Assembly (NCBI GenBank): GCA_965649205.1
Contig: CBFGJV010000006.1
Location: forward strand, 26,015 to 90,014
From: a candidate division WOR-3 bacterium
GTDB lineage: Bacteria > Hydrothermota > Tepidihabitantia > Tepidihabitantales > Tepidihabitantaceae
Direction: 5' to 3'
DNA length: 64,000 nucleotides
Below the pieces are notes generated by a model. That model had not been told where the DNA came from. It did no database searches and was given only the letters and a program-made list of their open reading frames with translations. Positions 49,276 to 58,540 of this stretch are shown here, piece by piece; within the stretch, counting starts at the first letter, position 1, and each line of letters starts with the position of its first letter. A program made the translations under genes and the position numbers.

Positions 49276-50127
49276 ATGCGCCTTGCTGTAATAACAGCCT
49301 TTGCAGTCTGCGCCTCGGCACTGACCGTTCGAGCAAATCTCCTGGTAAATCCGGATTTTTCCGGATGGACCAATCCGAACAGACCTACAGGCTGGTTTGT
49401 GGAAGACACAACCAAAGCCAGGGTCGAACAAGCTACTAACCCGGTCCGTAGCGCTCCCTATGCGGTTAAACTGACCCGGCGTGTAGCAGGCACTGGCAAC
49501 AACGCCGGTATCATACAATATGTAGCGGTATCTCCCAATCTCGACTATACGCTATCCGTATGGTTTCTGGACGACGACGTGAACGCCAGCGGCGGCTGCG
49601 GCATCAGTTGGTACACCCAAGATACTACCTTTATATCAAGTACCACCAATGCCTATACCGATTCGGCTATTCGCACCTGGCAGAAAGTAGTAAAAACGGC
49701 CACTGCACCGGCCACTGCGGCTCTGGCTAAAGTATACTTCCGAGTGTACGGCTTCACTGGCAGCCCGGCCGGGGGAGTAGTCTATCTGGATGACGCCAGT
49801 TTTGTGCAGGGGTCAGGTGTAACAGAGGACAAATTCTACCCTGCCGCACAGACCTGTCGACTAAGAATCAGCCCCAATCCGACACCAGGCCAAACTGTAA
49901 TGCAGGTAACTCTGACTCAGCGAGAACAAGTTAAACTCGCGGTATACGATCTGACTGGCAGAATCGTCTCCTCTGTTTTCTCTGGCGTCCTGAATGCGGG
50001 TTCGCATTCTTTCTCCTGGAAAGCAATTGATCTGGATAACAAACCTCTGTCTAACGGTCTTTATTTCGTGTTAATGTCAGACGCCAGCGATAAGGTTGCC
50101 GTAGCCAAGCTGCTCATCGAACGCTAG
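49276..50127 (+). CDS. Secreted CBM4/9-like carbohydrate-binding protein with a T9SS (Por) C-terminal sorting domain
   Basis: Signal peptide. NLLVNPDFSGW…YTLSVWF…VYLDDASF is the CBM_4_9-like jellyroll. The C-terminal ~80 aa (KLAVYDLTGRIVSS…NGLYFVLMSD…KLLI) match the T9SS CTD pattern. GAAGGAGG SD 6 nt upstream. Confidence 0.7.
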   Translation: MRLAVITAFAVCASALTVRANLLVNPDFSGWTNPNRPTGWFVEDTTKARVEQATNPVRSAPYAVKLTRRVAGTGNNAGIIQYVAVSPNLDYTLSVWFLDDDVNASGGCGISWYTQDTTFISSTTNAYTDSAIRTWQKVVKTATAPATAALAKVYFRVYGFTGSPAGGVVYLDDASFVQGSGVTEDKFYPAAQTCRLRISPNPTPGQTVMQVTLTQREQVKLAVYDLTGRIVSSVFSGVLNAGSHSFSWKAIDLDNKPLSNGLYFVLMSDASDKVAVAKLLIER

Positions 50128-50142
50128 AAAACCGGCGTTGAA

Positions 50143-50658
50143 GTGTCTAAACCGAACAAAACGATGAAGGCCAGACAACCAACTGCTCTGGAAGCAATAA
50201 ACAAGCTTGGCAAGAAAGTTGCTACCATGACCCAGGCCGAGCTGGCGCGAGCGGTAGGTGTATCCCGCGAACGAATTCGTCAGCTGGTGCCGCGTATGAA
50301 GATAAAACCAGGCCGGCGGGTGCGCGCCTGGCATCGGACCTTGTCAAAAAAGGTCTGTGCTGAGATGGCACGCCTGCATGACAAGGGGAAATCTCTGGCT
50401 GAAATCGGCCGGCAGTTCGGTGTGAGCGACTACCACGTACGCGAAGCCATACGGCAGGTACGCCTGCAAATCGAACCAGCAGGGAAGATTCAACGCCTGC
50501 GCCGACTGGACGCTCTACGTCGACTTCTGGACCAGGGACTCACCTTTGAGCAGGCCTGCGACAAGCTGGGATTCAGTGCGTTGCAGCGACGGCGCTATCG
50601 TCGCCAACTGGGTCTGTGCTGGGACGGAAAGAAAACTGTTCCGGAGAAAAAAGCGTAG
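50143..50658 (+). CDS. Hypothetical DNA-binding protein with three tandem helix-turn-helix motifs
   Basis: 171 aa, highly basic. Repeats: MTQAELARAVGVSRERIRQL, KSLAEIGRQFGVSDYHVREAIRQV and LTFEQACDKLGFSALQRRRYRRQL. Confidence 0.55.
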   Translation: MSKPNKTMKARQPTALEAINKLGKKVATMTQAELARAVGVSRERIRQLVPRMKIKPGRRVRAWHRTLSKKVCAEMARLHDKGKSLAEIGRQFGVSDYHVREAIRQVRLQIEPAGKIQRLRRLDALRRLLDQGLTFEQACDKLGFSALQRRRYRRQLGLCWDGKKTVPEKKA

Positions 50659-50686
50659 CGTATCTTCGGCACGCTCCTTCTTTTCT
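50657..50686 (+). terminator. Weak candidate intrinsic terminator after the HTH gene
   Basis: AGCGT-atcttcggc-ACGCT (5-bp stem) followed by CCTTCTTTTCT. Confidence 0.25.
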
Positions 50687-50792
50687 GGCCGCATAGGAAT
50701 TTTTAATCGATGCTATGTACTTGACTGTGGGAGCACGTAGCTATTTGCTGTCGAAACCAACCCCCAACGAACCAGACACCAAAAAACAAAAA

Positions 50793-50866
50793 TGGGCGAT
50801 ACAAGAGTTGAACTTGTGACCTCTGGTATGTGAGACCAGCGCTCTAACCAACTGAGCTAATCGCCC
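50793..50866 (-). tRNA. tRNA-Val, anticodon CAC
   Basis: Reverse complement: GGGCGATTAGCTCAGTTGGTTAGAGCGCTGGTCTCACATACCAGAGGTCACAAGTTCAACTCTTGTATCGCCCA. 7-bp acceptor stem. Followed on its strand by a TTTTTGTTTTTT run. Confidence 0.85.
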
Positions 50867-50929
50867 TCTAAAAAGTATTTTAGCCAGCGGCCATAGTTAG
50901 TCAACTACCAGCCGATACCCTCGGCCTGG

Positions 50930-50967
50930 GAAGTAGACAAAGAGGGCGGCGCCGAGACGCCGCCCTC
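50930..50967 (-). terminator. Rho-independent terminator of the RRM-protein gene
   Basis: Perfect 10-bp stem GAGGGCGGCG/CGCCGCCCTC with a 6-nt loop, 17 nt after the TAA stop. Followed on the minus transcript by UUUGUCUACUU. Confidence 0.55.
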
Positions 50968-50983
50968 CTGCTTCAGGTCTTAC

Positions 50984-51274
50984 TTACCAGCGGTTGCCGG
51001 AATCACCGCCAGACCTGCCGCCTTCCTTGCGCGAACGCGCCTCGTTAACGGTCAGGGCTCGGCCGTTCATCTGGTAACCGTTCAGGGCAGAAATAGCTGC
51101 CTGAGCTGCTTCGTTGTTTGCCATCTCTACGAAGGCAAAACCACGCGAACGGTCGGTGAATTTGTCTTTGACTATCTCAGCCGAAGTTACTTCACCATGC
51201 TTGCTGAACAGCTCATGCAGCTGCTCTTCTGTAGCGCTGAAGGGAAGATTCCCTACGAAAATGCGCTGACCCAT
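50984..51274 (-). CDS. RRM-domain RNA-binding protein
   Basis: RNP-2 IFVGNL and RNP-1 RGFAFVEM. Gly/Arg-rich tail. 96 aa. Confidence 0.85.
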   Translation of the reverse strand: MGQRIFVGNLPFSATEEQLHELFSKHGEVTSAEIVKDKFTDRSRGFAFVEMANNEAAQAAISALNGYQMNGRALTVNEARSRKEGGRSGGDSGNRW

Positions 51275-51605
51275 CGAAAAACCTCCGATGTATTTTTGCT
51301 TGGGAGTCGCTAAAGGACACTACGGCTCAGGACTCAGGCGCTAACACGGTCCGGACTCATAGGCCAATGAACGAACACAAGCTGCTTAGTGGACCTCTTC
51401 TTACTTTTCCTTAGAGCTGGATGTGAGGTCCCTCCACAACCAACTGATTGTATTATAGAGGCCATAACTCTCTCTGTCAAATTCTACGCCTACCTGTAAA
51501 TAGGCCGGTAACTTGACATCTGCTGGCGGCGGATGCTACAACAATTCAGTGCCGCTAGATGTAAGAGCAAGCCATTTACCTAATAGCCCGAAAAGATGAG
51601 GTAGC

Positions 51606-53765
51606 TTGAACAAAGTGCTGACCGCGGTCCTGCTTACTGCTGGTGTGCTGCTAACAGCCGCACAGGGTAACCTGTTGACCAATGGCGACTTTGAACAGCC
51701 GCTCACGGTCGGCTGGAGCCAAGAGTTTGATGATAGCCAGGGGTCATACGTAATCACCCGTGATACAACACTGCAACCAGACCCGGATTTCGAAGTGCGC
51801 ATATATAAGTACTTGCGCTACTACGCCAGGTTGAAACAAACAGTAGCCGTGCCTGGTACAAACGTGCGTTTCTCTGGCGCGGCCAAACTGGTTGCCACTA
51901 AAGGTCCGACCAGCGGTTACTATGCCTATGCTGCCATAATTCTGGAATATCAGAACGCCGGCGGAGAAGTTCTGGGCCGTACCTGGATAATGAAAAAGAT
52001 AGGCGACTTCAATCCCCAGAATACCCCCACTCAGCACTACATACTGACTATAAGCGATGTTTGGGAGAACTACGGTTTTGTTCTCGCTGATGAGTTAGCC
52101 AATCTGCCAGGCATCAACCCCCGGGATATTTCCCGGGTAAGTGTCGTTGTGGAAAGCTACGGCACCGGCGCTTCAGGTTGAGGGGGATGTGAAACCACGA
52201 CGGAGGTCTCCGCCGATGACATAGCCCTCACATACCTGGGCGCTGCTCCATTTCTCACCTACCAGTCAAACACAATTATTGACCCGCCACCCGGAAGAAA
52301 TAACAACGGCCGATTTGATCCGGGCGAGAGCGGCGATATACGTGTGAAAGTGAAGAATGTAGGCAACCAGGAGGCACACACTGTCACCGCAGTTCTGCGG
52401 TCAGGGCATGATCTGTTTGTCGTCACCGACTCTACCGGTAGTTTTGAAGACATACCAGCCGGTGGCAGTGCTGAGAACGATGCGGACCGGTTCTCAATTC
52501 AAGTCAACAGCAGCATGCGTCCCGGCACGACAGTCCTCTGCACCCTCCTGCTGCACTGCGAGAACTGGGGATACGACTGGAAGTATGTTTTCACCCTCCA
52601 GGTAGGCACGGCACCGCGGCCAGGCCAATACGTGGTTACGCTAGATACCGGCTCAGTTTCGCTTTCAGTCTGTGCCATAGGCTCGCTGGGCTTCAACGAG
52701 CCTGGCGGAACTGGTAACGGCTTCCGCGTGCCCAAGACCGTCGCCAACACTCTTTACTATGGTAGCATAATGGCTGGGAATTCAGACGCCTATCTGGTTG
52801 ACCACTTCTTCTCGCGACCTGCTTCTGGTCCCACACACAAGGACTGGGCGATGGAAGAGAGCTTCAGGTTCATATTCCCCGGTTCACCGGCAGATATGCA
52901 CTGGATGAACACAATGAACGATGCAGGTCACACTTCGCCCCGCCGGCTGCGGACAGAGCAGCACTGGTATATGAATGCCAATCCCACTAATTCCAACTGG
53001 ACAGTTGTAACGCTGGAACTGAAGAACGACGGCACCAGCCCGCTGAATGAAATGTACGCCGGCATCATAGGCGATTTTGATGTTGGGTCTTCGCCTACGA
53101 CCAATATTGTCGGTTCAGATGAAACCCGGCGTGCGATCTGGATGGCACAGGCCACAAGCGAAAACCCCACAGTAGGCTTTGTTCTCCTGGACCCGCCGAT
53201 GTTCGCCAACCTGACTGCGGTAGACCACGCGCGCTATGTGTATCCTGATTCGGCTATGACCGATGGTATGAAGTGGCGTCTGCTCAATGGTACCATCTCT
53301 TTACGTCAGTCTAATCGCAGCTATGACTGGTCAGTGCTGGTCTCGGCCGGACCGTTCAACCTGCCAATTGGTTCAAGTCAGAAACTGGCCTTCGCAGTTG
53401 TAGGAGCAACAAGCCGGGCCGGCTGGTTTGCCGCGGTCGAGAGCGCGCAGAAGTGGTACGACGCTAACCTGGTAGGTGTAGAGGAAGAAAAACCGTGCCC
53501 TGCCTACATCGAACAGTCTCTGCTACTTCGGCCCAATCCTTTCTCTCGTGCCACTTACGTGTACTACTTCGCACCGACAGCATCCCGCGTATGCCTGTCC
53601 GTGTATGACATCTTGGGCCGGGAAATAGAACGAACGTATTTTGATGCTGGTGCAGGCGTAAACCGCTACGTCTGGCAACCTAAAAACGTTACTCCTGGTA
53701 TCTACTTCGTGAAAGCGACCACACCAAACCACGAAACTACAGCTAGAGCTCTTCTGCTGGAATAA
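51606..53765 (+). pseudogene. T9SS cargo protein (CBM4/9-like N-domain, CARDB-like middle, Por C-terminal sorting domain) interrupted by a single in-frame TGA at 52179-52181
   Basis: The ORFs 51606-52181 and 52344-53765 are in the same frame. The frame reads open across the gap, and the translation remains protein-like (…GESGDIRVKVKNVGNQEAHTVTAV…). Signal peptide with an NLLTNGDFEQP N-terminus. The C-terminus (LLLRPNPFSRATYVYYFAPT…GIYFVKATTPNHETTARALLL) matches the T9SS CTD. Confidence 0.7.
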
Positions 53766-53858
53766 GAAGATCCGCTCGGTGTTATGGATGGGGCGCTCTG
53801 CGGAGCGCCCCCGACTTTCTGTGCCATTTTGACTTACAGCCAGCCGGTACTATTGTTT

Positions 53859-56243
53859 ATGAACAAGGCAGAGATGTCTATGATGTCGGCACTAGTGCTG
53901 GCCGGAGCGGCTCTGGCGCAGCCGATTGGTGCGGACGCGGCCATCAAATGCAGAGGCGGGCGAGCCGGTGGAGTTCGCGGACGCTGTCCTGTACTCGCTG
54001 CCGGACGGCTCCCAGGTGCAGGGCACGATCACAGATAAAACTGGCAGTTTCGCCCTTACCGCGCTTCGTCCCGGACGTTACTATCTAGAGGTCTCTTTCA
54101 TCGGATATCAGACGAAAACAGTGGACAATATTGAATGCGCGGAGGGAGCCAGACTGGACCTGGGTCGGCTGGAATTGCAGGCAAAGCCGGTACCGGTAGA
54201 AGGCGCGGAGGCAACAGCTACCACTCTTACCATTTCTCGCAAGCTGGACAAGATTGTGATTGACGTTACCAAACTGCTCAATGCCGGGTCGGGCACCGCG
54301 GTGGATGCTCTGAAAAACGCGCCGTCGGTGAAGGTGAACATTGACGACAACGTCACCCTGCGCGGCAGTTCCAACTTCAAGGTACTGGTGGACGGCAGAC
54401 CGAGCGAGCTGGAGCCACAGGACGCCTTGAAGCAGATTCCGGCCGCGACGATCGACAATCGGCCAGGTACGAGGCGGATGGGCCCGCGGGTATCGTCAAC
54501 ATACTGCTGAAGAAGCAGAAGGGTCCGGGCATCAGCGGGATGGCTAACGCCAACGCAGGTCTGAACAACCGGTATGGCACTGACCTCCTGGCCGGGTATC
54601 GTGAGGGGAAAGTCAACGTCTACGGCGGCGGCAACATCAACCGCTTCTCGTGGCTGAACCGCAGTGAGTCAAAGAGGAAGATAGTCACAGGAAGCGATAC
54701 TCTTGTTACAGCGAGCAAGGGTTCGGGCCGCGGGGGCCCGGTCTTTGGTGGCGGCCGGGCTGGTGGAGACATCGAGCTGGGGCCCAGGGATAAGGTCGGT
54801 CTGTCGTGCCGGATGCGCGGTTTTCGCACCGGCGGTGTCTGCGGTTCGGATGCAACAGAGCGTCGTCTGCCTCAAAATTCGGTCAGGCACTATACGACCG
54901 AGGAAACCTGGCTTTGGACCGGCACAGCACTGTTCGGCATGGCCGATTACGAGCACGGGTTTGATACCAGCGGCCAGAAGTTGACCGGACGGCTCTACCT
55001 CATCAATCGTTCCGGCGGCTCCAGCGGGTTGCGCCAGGAGATGGAAGCAAAAGATACAGTCTATGGTAGACGCAATGAGCAGGGAAGGCCGTGGCTGCGT
55101 CTTACCGGTGAACTGGGGTACGAGAAACCGGCACTGGCCGGCGGCAAGCTGGAATCGGGCTACGAAGGTAATCTGGAACGCACGTCGGACGATATGAAGC
55201 AGTGGCAGTACGATACAGCCGCGCACGCCTACGAGCCGGATACATTGTCCAATCACTCCAACTCTGGAGCAGACCAGGTGCACGCGGCGTACGCCACATG
55301 GTCAACAGAGTGGCGCGGGCTGGGAATACAGCCCGCTCTGCGCGTGGAGTATGAGGGCCGCGCGGTCGAGGTATTGGACACGGATTCGACCTACCTGGTG
55401 AACCGATGGGACGCATTTCCCAGCCTGCACTTGTCTTACGGCCTGCCCGCGAATCAGCAAGTGAGCGCGAGCTATTCCCGTCGGGTGAACCGGCCAAGCA
55501 TCTGGGAGCTGGACCCGTTCCCGAACTGGCAGGGGCCGCACAGCGTGTACCAGGGCAACCCGCTGCTTTCCCCTGAGTTCACCGATTCCTGGGAGGCCGG
55601 GTACGAGTTGTCGTTCGGACAGAACTCGGTCAACGCGGGTCTGTACTACCGTGTCACGCGCGACCTGTTTCAGTGGGTGACGATGAAGTATGCTCCGGAC
55701 ACGGCTGCACTCTTGACTACACCGCGCAATGTGGGACAGGACTATTCGCTGGGAGGCGAGTTCTCAGCCAATCTCAATCCGTGGAAGTGGCTGACGCTCG
55801 CGCCCAGCGCGGACCTGTACGACTATCGCGTTACCGGCAATCTGCTCGGCCAGGACTTCGCCCGTTCGAGTTTCGCCTGGAGCAGTTCCCTCAGCCTGAC
55901 TCTGCGCGCACCCTTTGGCACACAGGTACAGTTGGATGGAAACTACACTGCTCCAACGGTCACGTCTCAGGGCAGAGAAGGAGGCTGGTTCGATACCGAT
56001 GTGGCGGTCAGGCAGATGTTCTTGAACCGGACATTGTCAGTTACCCTACGGATCGGACACATCTTCGGCGGTGTGCCCTGGAGAACTGAATCAGCGGGCC
56101 CGGGGTTTTCCGCCAGCTCATCCTATTTCCACGACGAAAGGGTGGTGACTCTTTCCATAAGCTACAACCTGAACAACTTCCGGCCCAACCCGAAAATGCG
56201 CGCTGGCGAAGGCGAAGAAATGCAAGGTGGTCCGGGTCGCTGA
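53859..56243 (+). pseudogene. Outer-membrane TonB-dependent-receptor-like beta-barrel protein (CarboxypepD_reg + plug-like + barrel) disrupted by two frameshifts
   Basis: Three consecutive ORFs lie in frames 0/1/0. The first carries the signal peptide (MSMMSALVLAGAALAQPIGADAA). The second carries the carboxypeptidase-regulatory-like and plug motifs (VQGTITDKTGSFAL…; DALKNAPSVKVN…LRGSSNFKVLVDGRP). Frame 0 resumes upstream of the third ORF's ATG with conserved …ARYEADGPAGIVNILLKKQ, and the barrel ends …SISYNLNNF. Confidence 0.6.
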
Positions 56244-56307
56244 GTTGCAACTTCGGTTCTGGTCTGCTTGACACGGGGCAGGTGGTTTCTATCATAACTT
56301 TCTTACC

Positions 56308-57216
56308 TTGAGTACCAAAAGCGAATCTGTTTCGCCCCAGTCCATCCGGCCCTATGTGTACTATCCGGGCTGCACGCTCTACACCAAGGGACGGAGTCTG
56401 GACCTGTGCGCGCGCAAGGCAGCGGAGCGCGTAGGATTCAGTCTGGCTGAGATGCAGTCGTGGACCTGCTGTGGAGCGATATACAACACCAATTCAGACG
56501 ATTTCGCGGCGCAGGTTGGGCCGGTGCGTAATCTGGCCAGGGCGAGTCAGGCAGGCGACAAGCTGGTTACCCTGTGTGCCGCGTGTTACAACGTGCTGAA
56601 ACGGGCGAATGACAACCTGAATGCGAGGGGAAACGAGGAGACGCGGGACAGGCTGCTGGCATTCGTGGACGAAAAGTTCGAGCGGCCGGTAGAAGTGGTG
56701 CATTATCTGGATGTGCTGAAAACTGACATAGGCTGGGAGAATCTGAAGCAGAAGGTGACAAAGTCTCTGGCTGGACTGAAGGTGGCGTCCTACTACGGCT
56801 GTCTGATGGTGCGCCCGGCCTCGGTGCTGAGCTTCGACGACCCGGACAATCCCAGCGTGATGGACGAACTGGTGTCAGCTCTAGGCGGCCAGCCGGTAGA
56901 CTATGATTTCAAGACAGAATGTTGCGGCGGGTATCTGGTTACGAACCAGCGCGCCACCGCGGTGGAGTGTTCGCGCCGAGTATTGGACAACGCGGCCCAG
57001 ACCGGTGCAGAGGTGGTGGTGACTACCTGTCCTCTTTGTCAGTACAACTTGGACGCGTTGCAGAAAGATATGGGCCGGGAAAGCCAGATGCCGGTTTTGT
57101 ACTTCACCCAGCTTCTCGGGCTTGCAGTCGGGCTGGACGAGTCAGAGCTTGCCTTGGACTATAACCAGACAGATGCGAGGCCGCTCTTGAAGTCCAAGGG
57201 TCTGCTTACCGCGTGA
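56308..57216 (+). CDS. hdrB: Heterodisulfide reductase subunit B-like protein (two CCG domains)
   Basis: YYPGCTL…C…CCGAIY and YYGCLMVRP…CCGGYL…CPLCQ are the two Cys-rich CCG domains. The TTG start is uncertain. Confidence 0.78.
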   Translation: MSTKSESVSPQSIRPYVYYPGCTLYTKGRSLDLCARKAAERVGFSLAEMQSWTCCGAIYNTNSDDFAAQVGPVRNLARASQAGDKLVTLCAACYNVLKRANDNLNARGNEETRDRLLAFVDEKFERPVEVVHYLDVLKTDIGWENLKQKVTKSLAGLKVASYYGCLMVRPASVLSFDDPDNPSVMDELVSALGGQPVDYDFKTECCGGYLVTNQRATAVECSRRVLDNAAQTGAEVVVTTCPLCQYNLDALQKDMGRESQMPVLYFTQLLGLAVGLDESELALDYNQTDARPLLKSKGLLTA

Positions 57217-57220
57217 GGTT

Positions 57221-58540
57221 GTGAGCATGGCAACCACCAGAAAGGCATTGGTCATCGGCGGCGGCATAGCGGGCATTCAGGCGGCTCTGGACATAGCCAA
57301 CGCAGGAGTAGAGGTAGTGCTGGTGGAACGCAAGTCATCTATCGGCGGGCATATGGCGCAGTTGTCCGAGACTTTCCCCACCCTGGACTGCTCGCAGTGC
57401 ATCCTCACGCCGAAGATGGTGGACGCGGCTCAGCACCCGCGCATCAGGCTGATGACCTACTCCGAAGTGGAATCGGTCAGCGGCTCGACCGGCGATTTCC
57501 AGGTACGGATCAGGCAGAAGGCCAAATATGTGGACTGGGATGTATGCAACGGTTGCGGCCTGTGTATGACCAAGTGTCCGGGCAGGACAGAGTCTGAGTT
57601 CAATGAGGGACTGGAGAAACGCACGGCGATACACAGGCTATTCCCTCAAGCAGTACCGAACAAACCGGTCATAGATCGCAACTCGTGCATCTATCTGCAG
57701 AAGGGCAAATGTCGGGTATGCGAGAAAATCTGCCCGCCCCAGGCAATAAGGTTCGAGGACCAGGACCGGCTAGTTCAAGAAAACGTTGGCGCTATCGTAG
57801 TAGCTACCGGATTTGAGCTGCTTCACCTTAAAACTTATGGTTCCTACGGACTGGAACGGCATCCGGACGTTCTCACCGGTCTGGAGTTTGAGCGGCTGCT
57901 ATCAGCGTCCGGCCCGACCAAGGGAGAAGTGAAGCGACCTTCGGACGGCAAGGAACCCAAACGTGTTGTGTTTGTGAAGTGCGCGGGCTCAAGAGACAGG
58001 GAACGGGGCGTACCATACTGCTCCAAGGTGTGCTGCATGTACTCGGCCAAGCACGCGCTTCTGTACAAGCACCGGGTGCACGACGGCGAGGCCATCATTT
58101 TCTACATTGACGTGAGGACAGCGGGTAAGGACTTTGAGGAGTTCTACAAGCGGGCAACAGACGAGGGTGTTATCTATGTGCGCGGCAAAGTGTCCAAAAT
58201 TTTCCGCCGGGGCGACAAGATGGTGGTATGGGGTTCGGATACGGTCGCAGGCCGGAAAATGGAAGTGGAAGCTGATTTGGTGGTATTGGCCACAGCGATG
58301 ATTCCAGATTCCCATGCCAGCTCGATAGCAGATATGCTGGGTATCCAAGTAGATCAGTATGGATTCTTCACTGAAGCGCAGTACAAACTGAAACCGGTAG
58401 AAACAAACCGGCCAGGCATATTCCTAGCTGGCGCTTGCCAAGGGCCGAAGGATATTCCAGAAACAGTAGCTCAGGGCTCAGCCGCTGCAAGCAAGGTTCT
58501 GGAGCTTCTGGCACAAAGACAGGAGGAGAAGCGTGGCTAA
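57221..58540 (+). CDS. hdrA: Heterodisulfide reductase subunit A-like FAD/Fe-S oxidoreductase (short form, no MvhD or C-terminal ferredoxin domain)
   Basis: FAD motif ALVIGGGIAGIQAALD. Inserted ferredoxin-like clusters CNGCGLCMTKCP and CRVCEKICPP. 439 aa. Confidence 0.78.
   Translation: MSMATTRKALVIGGGIAGIQAALDIANAGVEVVLVERKSSIGGHMAQLSETFPTLDCSQCILTPKMVDAAQHPRIRLMTYSEVESVSGSTGDFQVRIRQKAKYVDWDVCNGCGLCMTKCPGRTESEFNEGLEKRTAIHRLFPQAVPNKPVIDRNSCIYLQKGKCRVCEKICPPQAIRFEDQDRLVQENVGAIVVATGFELLHLKTYGSYGLERHPDVLTGLEFERLLSASGPTKGEVKRPSDGKEPKRVVFVKCAGSRDRERGVPYCSKVCCMYSAKHALLYKHRVHDGEAIIFYIDVRTAGKDFEEFYKRATDEGVIYVRGKVSKIFRRGDKMVVWGSDTVAGRKMEVEADLVVLATAMIPDSHASSIADMLGIQVDQYGFFTEAQYKLKPVETNRPGIFLAGACQGPKDIPETVAQGSAAASKVLELLAQRQEEKRG

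Noticed and set aside
52179-52181. Selenocysteine as the preferred explanation for the in-frame TGA
   Set aside because: The protein is an extracellular T9SS substrate, where Sec is essentially unknown, and the downstream hairpin is short with no obvious SECIS apical GGU loop. Sec is kept only as a minor hypothesis inside the finding.
54669-55283. A 204-aa minus-strand ORF, plus other ORFs at 54377-55541 within the receptor pseudogene
   Set aside because: They are antisense to conserved TonB-dependent-receptor-like sequence in a very GC-rich stretch. Arg/Ala/Pro-rich composition marks them as artefacts.
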